Shown: positions 19,072 through 29,081 of the stretch, piece by piece
Numbering within the stretch: the stretch's first letter is position 1
Layout: the number at the start of each line of letters is the position of its first letter
From: Deltaproteobacteria bacterium
GTDB lineage: Bacteria > Myxococcota_A > Polyangia > Fen-1088
NCBI GenBank assembly: GCA_033763315.1
Contig: JANRKS010000007.1
Span: forward strand, 288,001-352,000
Direction: 5' to 3'
Length of the DNA stretch: 64,000 nucleotides
Notes under the pieces: model-generated
Databases searched by the model: none
Seen by the model: only the letters and a program-made list of their open reading frames with translations
Told to the model about the DNA's origin: nothing
Made by a program: the position numbers and the translations under genes

Positions 19072-20726
19072 CGCTTGGGTTTTGGGTCACAGCGGCGGTT
19101 GTGCTCTTAGGCGTGCTGATCTTGGTGCACGAACTTGGGCACTTCCTGTTCGCCAAAATCTTCGGCGTGCGCGTGTTGCGCTTTTCGTTGGGCTTTGGCC
19201 CCAAGCTGTTGGCGCTCAACGCGGGCGGCACCGAATACCGTCTCTCGCTCATACCGCTTGGTGGCTATGTGCGTTTGTTGGGCGAAGATCCTGGCGAAAC
19301 CATCTCGGAATCGGACGAAGATCGCACGCTGCTATCAAAGCCGCTGTGGCAACGTTACGCGATCGTTGTGGCAGGCCCCGCGTTCAACTTGCTGCTGCCG
19401 ATCTTCATCTACTTTGTTCACTTCTTCGGACACACAACTTTATTGCCGCCCATCATCGGCACCGTGTTGCCGAATATGCCTGCGGCCGACGCTGGCTTGA
19501 TGCCCGGCGACCGGGTGCTTGCCATCAACGGCGATCCCATTGGCTCATGGGAACAGCTGGAAAACACGATCGCCGAGAACCCCGAGCAGTCCTTGCGCCT
19601 GTTGATCAAGCGCGACACGCATCAAGAAGAGCGCGACATCTTGCCTGTCAAACTTGAACGTCGTGGCGCCTTCAGGTTCCGCGAGACGGTGGGGTTGGTT
19701 GGCATATCGCCGCGCTTTCACTTGCCTGAAGCGGGGGTTCTCGATCTCAGCTCACCCGTCGCGCAGGCTGGCTTGCGCACCTTCGACCTGGTGACTTCCG
19801 TCAACGGCAAACCGGTGACGTATTGGGCGGAACTTGAACGTGCGGTGCAAAACGTGGGCGCCTCTCCGCTGCGCATCACGTATCTGCGTGGCGCTCAATC
19901 GGCGCTGCCGTTTGCGCACATCAGTTTGCAGACGCCCGGCACAGCCGTTGTCATACCGCGGCCCGTGTTTGTTGACGTTAATAAACGCACCTATGAAACG
20001 GGCTTGCTGTCATCCGAGTTGTTCGTTTACGCGGTGGAACCCGGCAGCCCCGCCGACAAGATCGGCATCAGGCATGGCGACCAACTGCTGACGCTTGAAG
20101 GTGAGCCGGTGCTGCATTGGGCACAATTTTCGCAGAAACTAGCAGCAGGCCCACACAAACGTTTTCACGTCACTTGGGTTTCGCCGGGCGGCGTGGCGCA
20201 CGAGGCTTCGTTTAAACAAGAGGTGCGGCCACCCGTGGATGCTTACCGGCGCGGCGAAGATCGTTTGGTGTTCGGCACCGAAAGCCGCCGCGCGTGGCGC
20301 ACGGCTCCACCTGTGCCCATCAAGAATCGTTTCGCGTACGCTGCTTCGCATGCCATCAACCGAACCGGACAATTGATCGTGGCCATGGGACAGGGCTTTT
20401 TTGAAGTTGTGCGCGGCCGTGTCCCCTTATCCAGCCTCGGCGGACCGATCACAATCGGCTACGTCGCCGGTGTGGCTGCAGAGCAAGGCTTGGATCAGTA
20501 CTTGTGGTTGTTGGCGTTGCTGTCGATCAACATTGGTCTGCTCAACTTTTTGCCGGTGCCGATCTTGGATGGCGGCCTGTTGGTGTTCTTCACAATTGAA
20601 CTGTTGAAAGGCCGGCCGCCGTCGCGGCGCGCACGTGAAGTGGCGTCTTATGTGGGATTGGCCGCGGTGGTGGTGCTGATGGCATTTGCGCTGAAGAACG
20701 ACGTCGTTCGCTTCTTACTGGAGTAG
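19068..20726 (+). CDS. rseP: RIP metalloprotease RseP with PDZ domains
   Basis: HELGH, GGYVRL, AGPAFN, three PDZ-like segments, NFLPVPILDGG. Confidence 0.95.
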   Translation: MTLGFWVTAAVVLLGVLILVHELGHFLFAKIFGVRVLRFSLGFGPKLLALNAGGTEYRLSLIPLGGYVRLLGEDPGETISESDEDRTLLSKPLWQRYAIVVAGPAFNLLLPIFIYFVHFFGHTTLLPPIIGTVLPNMPAADAGLMPGDRVLAINGDPIGSWEQLENTIAENPEQSLRLLIKRDTHQEERDILPVKLERRGAFRFRETVGLVGISPRFHLPEAGVLDLSSPVAQAGLRTFDLVTSVNGKPVTYWAELERAVQNVGASPLRITYLRGAQSALPFAHISLQTPGTAVVIPRPVFVDVNKRTYETGLLSSELFVYAVEPGSPADKIGIRHGDQLLTLEGEPVLHWAQFSQKLAAGPHKRFHVTWVSPGGVAHEASFKQEVRPPVDAYRRGEDRLVFGTESRRAWRTAPPVPIKNRFAYAASHAINRTGQLIVAMGQGFFEVVRGRVPLSSLGGPITIGYVAGVAAEQGLDQYLWLLALLSINIGLLNFLPVPILDGGLLVFFTIELLKGRPPSRRAREVASYVGLAAVVVLMAFALKNDVVRFLLE

Positions 20727-20728
20727 CC

Positions 20729-21469
20729 ATGCAGCCTTTCCTTTTGGCGATTGAAACATCCACCCGCACGGCGCGCGTGGCGCTGGTGTCCATGGATGGG
20801 CAAGTGATGTCGCAAGCCAGCCTCACAGCGGATCGACACGCTGCCAATTTGCTGAACCTGTGTGACCAGCTGTTCAAAGCGACACACACGACGCCCGCGC
20901 AATTGGCGGCGATCGCGTGCGGTGCGGGCCCAGGCAGCTTCACCGGATTGCGCGTGGGCATGGCGATGGGCAAGGGTTTGGCGCTGCCGTTTGCCGCGCC
21001 CTTCGTTTTGCAGTCGTCGCTGCATGTGCTCGCCTTGGATCTCGCTCACGAGAGCAACGCGCCCATGGGGCAGACCGTGGTGGCCTGTCTCGACGCGGGC
21101 AAAGGTGAAGTGCACGCGCAGCCATTCACGTGCAGCGCCCCAGGCGTCGTCACCAGCGCCGCCGAACCGTGGCGTCTTGCGCCTTCAGATCTGTGCGAAC
21201 GCTTACGCTCAGCCCAGCCACAGTTCCACGCTTTGGGTGGCCCGGAGCTGGCCAAGTTCCCGGCCCTGTCCGCCGCATCGGCTGTGGCGCCTATGCGGCT
21301 CCTGCCCGACGTCCCGGGGCCTTCTGCGGTGCATCTGGCGCGCTTGGCATGGACAGCCCTTGCGAATGGGCATGCCGTTGATCTGGCCACCGCGGCACCC
21401 ACTTATGGCCGGGGGCCCGACATCACGACCCCGAAGCGCAAAACCGTTGGGGATGCCAACGCATCCTGA
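20729..21469 (+). CDS. tsaB: t6A biosynthesis protein TsaB
   Basis: LAIETST, GPGSFTGLRVG, DA.KGEV. Confidence 0.92.
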   Translation: MQPFLLAIETSTRTARVALVSMDGQVMSQASLTADRHAANLLNLCDQLFKATHTTPAQLAAIACGAGPGSFTGLRVGMAMGKGLALPFAAPFVLQSSLHVLALDLAHESNAPMGQTVVACLDAGKGEVHAQPFTCSAPGVVTSAAEPWRLAPSDLCERLRSAQPQFHALGGPELAKFPALSAASAVAPMRLLPDVPGPSAVHLARLAWTALANGHAVDLATAAPTYGRGPDITTPKRKTVGDANAS

Positions 21470-21498
21470 TAGACTTTCTTGCACCGGAGGTTGACTGC

Positions 21499-21708
21499 AT
21501 GGGGAACGCGCAAAGCGCGACATTGGACATGGGTGCAGAGCTGGAAGTGGAGTCGCTTCGACAGAAGCACCACGAACTCAAAAAGCAGCTCGACGTTTTG
21601 AACCGGCACATCTCCTTGACGCCGGCCGAACAACTTGAAAGCGCCAGGCTTAAAAAAGAGAAGCTGTTGCTCAAAGATCGCATTGCGGCTTTGGGCGGCC
21701 AAGTTTAG
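21499..21708 (+). CDS. DUF465/YdcH family small coiled-coil protein
   Basis: H..L...L.......LTPAEQ.E..RLKKEKL.LKDRI; GGAGG RBS. Confidence 0.8.
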   Translation: MGNAQSATLDMGAELEVESLRQKHHELKKQLDVLNRHISLTPAEQLESARLKKEKLLLKDRIAALGGQV

Positions 21709-21730
21709 CCCGTCCACATCGTAGCTCTTT

Positions 21731-21760
21731 GTCGCGGTCACAGTCGCGGTCACAGTCGCG
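21731..21760. repeat. 12-bp tandem repeat (GTCGCGGTCACA) x2.5
   Basis: Read directly in the intergenic gap. Confidence 0.7.
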
Positions 21761-21801
21761 ATCTTGCCTTGCCGACGCGTGGCGGACGTTCGGGTGGTGC
21801 G

Positions 21802-22299
21802 ATGACAGATCTTAACGAAAGTTTTCGGGCCCAGCTGCAATCGCTGCGAGACTCTGGCATCCGCATCGATAGGCAAGGGCAATTCTGGCACAACGGACAA
21901 ACGGTCGCGCACCAGGGGTTACGGCAAGCGCTGTTCGCATGGCTCGATCGGCTGCCGCCGCCCGATGGCCGCCACATACTGCGGCTCGATGAAACGCGAT
22001 ACGCTTTCATCGATGTGGATGACACGCCTTTGGTTGTGAACACGATCAAGCTGCAAACGGATGGCAACATCTGCCAGGCGTGGCTTTCGCTCACCGATGG
22101 AACCGAAGAAGTGTTGCGAGCTGATACCTTATCGATAGATGCGGAAGGTACGTTGCGTGTGCCTGTGCGTGCGGGGCATATGCTAGCGCGATTGACCACG
22201 GCCGCCGCCAGCGCTTTGGCGCCTTATCTTGATGAAGCGCAAGGTGTGTGGAGCTTGGCGCTGCCAGGGCAAAAGGCCGTTCGATTGCGGCAAGGCTAA
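21802..22299 (+). CDS. DUF1285-like protein
   Basis: SGIRIDRQGQFWH.G..V.H...IDVDDTPLVV. Confidence 0.7.
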   Translation: MTDLNESFRAQLQSLRDSGIRIDRQGQFWHNGQTVAHQGLRQALFAWLDRLPPPDGRHILRLDETRYAFIDVDDTPLVVNTIKLQTDGNICQAWLSLTDGTEEVLRADTLSIDAEGTLRVPVRAGHMLARLTTAAASALAPYLDEAQGVWSLALPGQKAVRLRQG

Positions 22300-23777
22300 T
22301 CAGCCTTAGGCACGCGAACGTCGAATCGAGCGCCGCCCAGGACGGCACCGGCGTCACCCACCGTGATGTCCCCCCCATGATCGATCAGAATCTTGCGGAC
22401 GATCGCCAAGCCAAGCCCCGTGCCGCCTTCTTTGTGCGTGATGTACGGATCGAAGATGCGCTGTCGTTCGCTTGGCGGCACACCAGGTCCATTGTCTTCA
22501 ACCACCACTGACACGCGTGAACCGCCCCCCGCCGCTTCCACACGCAAACGCACCTGAGGCACGCGCTTGGCGCCTTCGGCCGCTTGAACGGCGTTTTCTA
22601 CGAGGTTTGAAAGCACGCGGCGGAACAGCACCTTATCAACCAGGGCCAGCACGTTCTTGTTGGGAACGTCCACAGTGATGAAGCGTTCCCACTCAGGGTG
22701 CTGCCGCGCAAAATCTTGCACCAGAGCTGTGACATCCACGGGCACAGGCTCCGCACGCGAAAGCTTGGCGAAGGCCGAGAAGTCATCAACCAAGCGACGC
22801 AGCGATGTGATCTCCTCGCGCAGGATTTCATCCGCCGTTCCGAGCAAGCGCCTATAAGAGGTATCGTCACCAGTATACTTCGACACCAACTGTTGCACGG
22901 CCAATTGAATGGGCGTCAAAGGATTCTTGATCTCGTGCGCCAAGCGGCGCGCCACCTCCTGCCAGGCCGCCACCTTTTGCATGTACTCAAGCCGCGAACG
23001 CGCCTCGATCAGCTCAGACACCATCGAGTCAAAAGCGCGTCCAAGCTCATCCAGTTCATCCTTGCCCTGCGGGGCCACCTTCACAGACAGATCGCCCGCG
23101 CCCACCCGGCGTGCGGCATCACGCAGGCGTGCCACTCTTTTTGTGGTCCTCCGCGCGAGCCACAGGCCCAACAGTGGCGGCACGATCAGCACCGCCAAGA
23201 CAAACGAAAAGTATTCCTTGAGCACCTTGGGCGCCGCGGCCTCAAACGCGCGATGCATCTGCGTTTCGCGATCCATCGCTTCGCGCAGCTCAAGGAAATT
23301 TGTGTACATGGTGCCGTTGATCCCGAACGTCAGCTCTAAGATCTTTTGCGGCATCTCCTCGCCGTACGAAAGTGGCACGGCGGCCAAGATGGGGGGCGAT
23401 TCACGCATGCTGCCAAGCGCGCTGGGTGGCGCCTGCCATTCGTCCAAGACGGCATTGCCGCGCAACAAACGCGCGCGCATCAACCCTTCGGTGGCGGCCA
23501 GCTGCCCCATGCGTTGCGGCCGCATGTTCGCCAATTCCTCCGTGCGTCGCCGGAACTCTTCTTTGCGATCCACAAAGTAGGCACGAAACACTTCTTCGGC
23601 TTGCGCAGCGGCCTCGCCGGTTTCCTGTTGGTGCAAATTCGCCAGTTCAGAAAAGCCCCGCAACGAGAACTGCATGGCGTAGCCCGCGGTAACCACTGAC
23701 AGCGCGCCGACAAACGCCATGGCGCCAAGCACCTTCCATTCAAACCGCCCAGGCCAAAGAGCGCGCCATCGTTTCAT
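22296..23777 (-). CDS. HAMP sensor histidine kinase (NtrY-like)
   Basis: Two TM segments, HAMP (DELDELG.AF..M), AWQEVARRLAHEIKNPLTPIQL, NLVENA, DNGPG, GTGLGL. Confidence 0.93.
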   Translation of the reverse strand: MKRWRALWPGRFEWKVLGAMAFVGALSVVTAGYAMQFSLRGFSELANLHQQETGEAAAQAEEVFRAYFVDRKEEFRRRTEELANMRPQRMGQLAATEGLMRARLLRGNAVLDEWQAPPSALGSMRESPPILAAVPLSYGEEMPQKILELTFGINGTMYTNFLELREAMDRETQMHRAFEAAAPKVLKEYFSFVLAVLIVPPLLGLWLARRTTKRVARLRDAARRVGAGDLSVKVAPQGKDELDELGRAFDSMVSELIEARSRLEYMQKVAAWQEVARRLAHEIKNPLTPIQLAVQQLVSKYTGDDTSYRRLLGTADEILREEITSLRRLVDDFSAFAKLSRAEPVPVDVTALVQDFARQHPEWERFITVDVPNKNVLALVDKVLFRRVLSNLVENAVQAAEGAKRVPQVRLRVEAAGGGSRVSVVVEDNGPGVPPSERQRIFDPYITHKEGGTGLGLAIVRKILIDHGGDITVGDAGAVLGGARFDVRVPKAD

Positions 23778-24418
23778 CGCAAAGGCTCCATGAAGGTTTG
23801 TGAAACGAAACGCAGCTGGCGTTCGCTGTCTTCGATGCGCGGGTTAACGAACACGCTCACGAATGATCCAAAAAAACTATCACCTGTGAAGCGCCCCTGA
23901 CGACGATCGGGGTTGGTGAGCGAGCGCCGCACGTCAGCGACCAACTCTTCCGAAAGCGGGTTCAGATCCGCGCGAAAGGCCACCTTGTAGCGCCGTTCAG
24001 GTTGCAACACGTTAAGCGATGCCACAGGAAACTTGATCAAAGCCGTGGCCAAACGAATGGCCTTGTATTCGCTGTCCACCTCGAACCGTTCGTCACGGCC
24101 TTCGCCGTCCACGCGATGTACCGCAAAGCGCTCGGTCCAGATGTCGTAAATCACTTCCGTACGCCGAAAGGCGGTGGCGATCGGTTCGTCTCCATCCTCG
24201 GGGTAAACGGCCACACGCAAGAGCACCCGCGTGGCAAAGCCTGAGCGCAGTTGCTTGCGGTGCTGTGGCCAAAACAGATCTTGCAAGCCCACATCAACGT
24301 TCAGCTTGCCGCCGAAACGGTTCATGCCCGTCAGCCGTACGGATAGCGGCGCGGCCCACGCGATCTGCGCGAACACCGGCGACAGTGCGCCCGCAAGTAA
24401 GGCCGCGCGACGTCGCAT
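23774..24418 (-). CDS. DUF4390 domain exported protein
   Basis: Signal peptide, LRSGFAT, V.YDIW.ERF.V; directly upstream of the NtrY-like kinase. Confidence 0.65.
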   Translation of the reverse strand: MRRRAALLAGALSPVFAQIAWAAPLSVRLTGMNRFGGKLNVDVGLQDLFWPQHRKQLRSGFATRVLLRVAVYPEDGDEPIATAFRRTEVIYDIWTERFAVHRVDGEGRDERFEVDSEYKAIRLATALIKFPVASLNVLQPERRYKVAFRADLNPLSEELVADVRRSLTNPDRRQGRFTGDSFFGSFVSVFVNPRIEDSERQLRFVSQTFMEPLR

Positions 24419-25953
24419 CAGTAGCGAACACGCCCCAAGAAGTTGGCCACCGACAGATTGAAGATGCCGATGGCGCTGTCCAAACGCACACCGAAATCGG
24501 CGGTCGCATCCACCGGCAAGGCGTCGTAAATCGAGCCCGAGCGCAGCCTCAAATCGTGAGCTTGTGTGAGAGCAAACAGCCCCACGCCGGTAAACAAGTC
24601 AGCCCGGTAAAAGAAACCTCGGCCGCGCCACAACGCCACCGAGTACTCAAGCATCACCCGCCCCGCATAATCTGCAAAGCGGTGTTCACCGATGCCGTTA
24701 TCGAAAAAATTATAGGACGGTAGCGTCGAAAAATTCTGCCCAAGCGCGCGCGGCGGCAACAGTTGATTCAAGTCGGCCACGAAGAAGCGATCGAAATACG
24801 GGGCGTTGCCATGAATCAAACCACCAAACGCGTGCAAGGCAAACGAGTGGCGTCGCTTGCCCACCGGAATGTGGTGTGAATAGGCAATCACGCCCTTGGA
24901 AAAGGAGTAATCAGCGAACGCGGCCCCCATGCCCGATTCGAGCGAAAACAACAGCCGGTTTCCGGCGCGCGGAAGAAAAGGATCGTCGCGGGTATCAACA
25001 TCGAGGCTCAATAAGACCGAAGCCAAATGGCTTTCGCCTTCGGCGATCGAAAAGTCGATTCTGTCCAGGCGACCGGCGCCGAGATCACGGCTGCGGATGT
25101 CGGGTAAGGCCGCCTGCAGGCGCTCAAGACGGCCTTCGGCAAAGAAACGCGTGGTCCGAGACAAAAACACGCCGACGCCCGCGCGGCCGCCCAGGCGCCG
25201 TGTGTTTGCGGCCACGTGATCCTTTGGATCCACTTCCTGTGTGCCACCCTTCGCCCGAAAAAATTCGCTGCCTCGGCCGTAGATGAAGTTCGCGGTGATC
25301 CACGGCCCGTCGAGATCGAACAACGGCACACCTACGCCCAGGCGATACGCGTGCCCCGCCTGCGCGCCGGGCACGCTTGGGGTTGACGATCGTACAAGGC
25401 CTCCCGACAACATGACGCCGCGGCCAAGCAAATTGGTTTCGGCAACGTCCAGACCGCCCCACAACGTGGTGGCTTCGCTCGTGCCTAAGTAAAGCCCGTT
25501 GATAATGATTGTGCCGCGCTCTTGCACCTCCACCACCAAGATCGCGGAGCCGCGCGACCGGCCCTTGTCGAGCGAGAGGCGCACATCCAGGAAGTACCCC
25601 AGCGCCAACAAGCGGCTGCGGGCCGCGACCACCCGGCGATCGGCGGCGGTGACCACGTCACCACTTTTGAGGCCCAACACTTTGAGGATGGTGCCTTCGC
25701 GCGTTTTGCGGTTGCCGCGCACCACAACGCCCTCCAGGACGTAGCGCGGGTTGGGCCCACGATCCTCGGCTTCGGCCGCGGCTTCTGGTGTCACGGGCGC
25801 CTCGATGAGTTCGATATCAGCCTGGTTGTCTTCGTTGGGCAGCTCTTCGGGCCCCACGAGATCAAAACCCTCAGGACCCTGGGCCCAACAAACGGCGCTA
25901 GCGTTTACGGCAAGCCATAAACCGAAAGCGGTAGCGTGCGCCAACTTCATCAA
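24418..25953 (-). CDS. Omp85/BamA-TamA family outer-membrane protein with one POTRA domain
   Basis: Signal peptide, POTRA (V.GN.KTR...L..LGYF..V....V.VQER), ETNLLGRG, DTRDDPFLP..G, beta-strand-rich C-terminus. Confidence 0.8.
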   Translation of the reverse strand: MMKLAHATAFGLWLAVNASAVCWAQGPEGFDLVGPEELPNEDNQADIELIEAPVTPEAAAEAEDRGPNPRYVLEGVVVRGNRKTREGTILKVLGLKSGDVVTAADRRVVAARSRLLALGYFLDVRLSLDKGRSRGSAILVVEVQERGTIIINGLYLGTSEATTLWGGLDVAETNLLGRGVMLSGGLVRSSTPSVPGAQAGHAYRLGVGVPLFDLDGPWITANFIYGRGSEFFRAKGGTQEVDPKDHVAANTRRLGGRAGVGVFLSRTTRFFAEGRLERLQAALPDIRSRDLGAGRLDRIDFSIAEGESHLASVLLSLDVDTRDDPFLPRAGNRLLFSLESGMGAAFADYSFSKGVIAYSHHIPVGKRRHSFALHAFGGLIHGNAPYFDRFFVADLNQLLPPRALGQNFSTLPSYNFFDNGIGEHRFADYAGRVMLEYSVALWRGRGFFYRADLFTGVGLFALTQAHDLRLRSGSIYDALPVDATADFGVRLDSAIGIFNLSVANFLGRVRY

Positions 25954-26036
25954 AGCGACTATACGTCAAGGCGTGGTACACCGCCGCCACGCAACCACTT
26001 TGGCGGCAACGCCCAGCCAGGCCGATCGCAGCGGAC

Positions 26037-26777
26037 TTAGTTGACGCTCAGCCGAGGCGCCAAAGGCACGTTGTTGCCCAACAGGGCCAACCGGCTTTCG
26101 ATCTCGTCAGACGGGTTCAAGATCGCCATACGCTGCAAAATCTTCTTAAGGCGGACGCGATCCCCGCGCACCTCGTAAATGGCGCGCAAATTGTTGAGCA
26201 GCCGGGCGAGGATTTGCTTCTTGCAAGCGGGCTGCAAAAACGCTGGATCCAGGTCAGAGGGATCACCTGTGGTCTGTTCATACAAAAGCTGAAGCGATTC
26301 CTCGTCCAACAGCCGGCCGTCGAAGGGATCCACAAAGAAAACGGTGCCGCTCTCGTCTTCCGTGCGCACCAAGAAATGCCCCGGGAAAGACACGCCGTCG
26401 GCTTTGACTCCAGCGCGACGACAGACGCTGATCATCACCAGCGCCAAGGTGATGGGGATGCCTAAACGGCGATCAAGAACGTCATTTAGAAAACTATTTT
26501 TGGGGTCGTAGTAATCAGAGACGTTGCCACGAAAGCCCATCTCTTCGTAAAGCATCCGCAAGACGATCACGATGGGAGGTGTGCCTTCCAACATCGCCTC
26601 ATTCATCAGCTTACGCGCCCGACGGCCCATCCGATCGAGCTTGCCCGAATACTTGGCTAAATTAAGCCCAGGGTATTCGGCTTCTGCTACCACCAGCGCC
26701 GCTGTTTCCAGCCCCAAATCCCAGTCCGTCCTGCTGAGCAGATGCTGGAATAGGAGAAGTTCCGCCTCTTCCCTCAT
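26037..26777 (-). CDS. SirB1/transglutaminase-like (Transglut_core2) protein
   Basis: GFRGN..DYYDPKNSFLNDVL.RR.GIPITL, GVSFPGHFLV, VDPF.G, IL.RLLNNL. Confidence 0.88.
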   Translation of the reverse strand: MREEAELLLFQHLLSRTDWDLGLETAALVVAEAEYPGLNLAKYSGKLDRMGRRARKLMNEAMLEGTPPIVIVLRMLYEEMGFRGNVSDYYDPKNSFLNDVLDRRLGIPITLALVMISVCRRAGVKADGVSFPGHFLVRTEDESGTVFFVDPFDGRLLDEESLQLLYEQTTGDPSDLDPAFLQPACKKQILARLLNNLRAIYEVRGDRVRLKKILQRMAILNPSDEIESRLALLGNNVPLAPRLSVN

Positions 26778-26943
26778 GAGGGTTCGAGCTTAGCAGCCGC
26801 ATCTAGTCGAGCCCACCGTTTGCGGGCAAATTCGTCAAACGGCAACACGACGCAGCAACTACATATAGCGGCTTGTGAGGAGAATGACGAGCGAGCGCTG
26901 CATGCTGAAATCACCTGTAAAACGCGCACCACAAGCGCGTTCG

Positions 26944-29010
26944 TTACTCGGGCGCGCGTTCGTTACCAAGACCCACGGTCACACTCACACCACGCACCTG
27001 CATCACTTCACGGGCCAGGTCATCAATGCGCGCGAACTCTTCACGCAGTCCCGTTTCAAGCGCGCCAACCTCTTCAAGCAACGTGCGCACGAGATCACGT
27101 TCGGCCACATCTCGGGCCTCTTTTTCACGCTCCAACATCGCTACGCGCCCGCGCAAAGGCAACAACTGACCGCGCGCTTTGCGAAGCTGATCCTCCGAAC
27201 GATCGAGCGCCGCACGCAGGCGATTTACGTCTTCGCCAGCCACCCTCGCCACCTGCTCAACGTTCTCTTGCGCTTGCTTGACGACTTCGCGTTCAACAAC
27301 GGATTGCTGTTCAAGACCCATCAAGCGCTCGACCGCTTCATTCCAGCGTGTGGTGGCATCGTGACGGCCGCGTTCAGCTTCACGCAACGACGCGTCCATC
27401 ATCGCCAAGCGCGCTTCGAGTTCAGCCACCTGCCGGCGCGCCAAGGTCAATTCGGCATCGTCATTGCGAGGCCGATTGTTGGCTTCATGCCGCATGCGCA
27501 ACAAAGTGCCTTCAAGTTCAGACAAGCGCGCGCGCCGTGCGCGGTCGGCGTCTTGTGATTGGGCCAAGGCGATGCGGGCCCGTTCGGCTTCCTTCACAGC
27601 TTCGGCAGCGCGGGTTTCCGCGTCCGCCAAGGCTTCTTCCAGTTCGTTGACGTGTGCCGTTTGCTCGGACACAGCGCTGCGCAGACGTTCCACCTCGTGA
27701 ATGTGAACGGCCGCTGCGTGTCTAAACTCTTCGAGCGCGCGATCGCGTGTTGCCAACAACGCTTCGAGTTCACGTTCACGTTCGCCTGGACTTGCCTTCG
27801 TCTCGGGCGCAACCACAACGGTGGTCCCGCTGCCTGCCCCGGCCAGCGCTGATTGCAGCTGCCAGGCCAAATCTTGCTTTTCTGTTTCAAGCCCAGCGAT
27901 GCGCTCATCGCGATCAAACAAAGCTGATTCACGCTGGGCGAGCTGGGCTTCGCGTTGTTTTAACTTCTCGGTCAGAACCGCAACATCGCGCCAGGATCCT
28001 GTGCGCGGCTCTGCAGCGACGGCAGCGGGCGCGGCGATCGTTGACGATAAGCGTGCTGCCAACGCAGACATCTCGTCAGCCGTGCGCCGCGTGAGATTCA
28101 AAACGGATTCATCCGCTTCGGCCAACGCCTTTCGCAGGCGCGCAACTTCTTCGTCAAGTTGCACGCGCGTTTCGGCCGCCCGCCGCACGCGACCGCGCAA
28201 CTCTTCGATCTCTTCAGCCTGCGCTCGCGCCACGCGAGCGGCGCCTTCGGATTGGCCTTGGGCGTCCAACAATTTGGTGGAGATCGCCGCAACCTGCGCT
28301 TGTGCCGCTGACAGTTGTCGCGCGATTTCTGCCGCGGCAGGATCAGCGCGCGGAGGTTCAACAGGCGCCGACACCGCCATCGCGGGAACTTGCACGAGCG
28401 CATACCCCAGCGCCGGTCCAGGCGTGTGGCTGGCCAACGCAATATAGCGCGTGGGCTCCTCTGCCTCGGGATCGATGAGATCGGCATCAACTCGCAGATC
28501 AGACACATCGGCGTCGAACTCAGCGATGCTCAACGCGGCGAATGGCGTTTGCCCGAACATGCGAACCACCGGAAACACAGCCGCAAGCTGCTCTTGCAAA
28601 TCGTAATAGGTAAAGCCGGCGCCCGAAGCGCCACGTTGATCCGCGCTGGCCGCGGCCAACACCAACGTTCCCTCGGGTGACAAAAGGCGGCTGACGTTCG
28701 CCAGGGTTAAGCGCCCCTTCGGCGCCAAGATTGAAGCGGCATCAGGAAGCAGCACCACATCAAAGGGCCCCGCCGAGATGAGCGCGTCCAAGGGCGTGCG
28801 GCTTGGCAAGCACCTCACGTTGCCGCCGGTCGGACCCGTGATGGCTCCATCGTCCACCAAGGCCACAACGCTGGCCGCGCCCAACTTTACCAGGGTCTCT
28901 GCCCCCGGGCGCGTGCGGCCGCCCAGCTCCAGCACCCGCCGCCCTTCAATTACTGGCCGCAGATACGTGTAAAGCGGTAACCGCGCGTCTATCTCGCCCC
29001 CTAAAGCCAT
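26944..29010 (-). CDS. degenerate methyltransferase-like N-terminal domain plus long coiled coil
   Basis: GRRVLELGG (motif I-like), PFDVVL, LLSPEGTLVL, then about 450 aa of heptad-rich sequence. Confidence 0.65.
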   Translation of the reverse strand: MALGGEIDARLPLYTYLRPVIEGRRVLELGGRTRPGAETLVKLGAASVVALVDDGAITGPTGGNVRCLPSRTPLDALISAGPFDVVLLPDAASILAPKGRLTLANVSRLLSPEGTLVLAAASADQRGASGAGFTYYDLQEQLAAVFPVVRMFGQTPFAALSIAEFDADVSDLRVDADLIDPEAEEPTRYIALASHTPGPALGYALVQVPAMAVSAPVEPPRADPAAAEIARQLSAAQAQVAAISTKLLDAQGQSEGAARVARAQAEEIEELRGRVRRAAETRVQLDEEVARLRKALAEADESVLNLTRRTADEMSALAARLSSTIAAPAAVAAEPRTGSWRDVAVLTEKLKQREAQLAQRESALFDRDERIAGLETEKQDLAWQLQSALAGAGSGTTVVVAPETKASPGERERELEALLATRDRALEEFRHAAAVHIHEVERLRSAVSEQTAHVNELEEALADAETRAAEAVKEAERARIALAQSQDADRARRARLSELEGTLLRMRHEANNRPRNDDAELTLARRQVAELEARLAMMDASLREAERGRHDATTRWNEAVERLMGLEQQSVVEREVVKQAQENVEQVARVAGEDVNRLRAALDRSEDQLRKARGQLLPLRGRVAMLEREKEARDVAERDLVRTLLEEVGALETGLREEFARIDDLAREVMQVRGVSVTVGLGNERAPE

Positions 29011-29081
29011 ATTTGGTGGGCACTATACCGCATGGCTTCTGGCTCGCTATGGCCGGCATGGCAACATAGGGCCAACTTCGT

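Noticed and set aside
21731-21760. Tandem repeat as a possible CRISPR remnant
   Set aside because: Adjacent 12-bp units without spacers, and no cas genes in the window.
26816-26860. Hairpin with GGCAAA resembling a c-di-GMP-I riboswitch
   Set aside because: Lacks the GNRA tetraloop/receptor and second stem of the GEMM motif.
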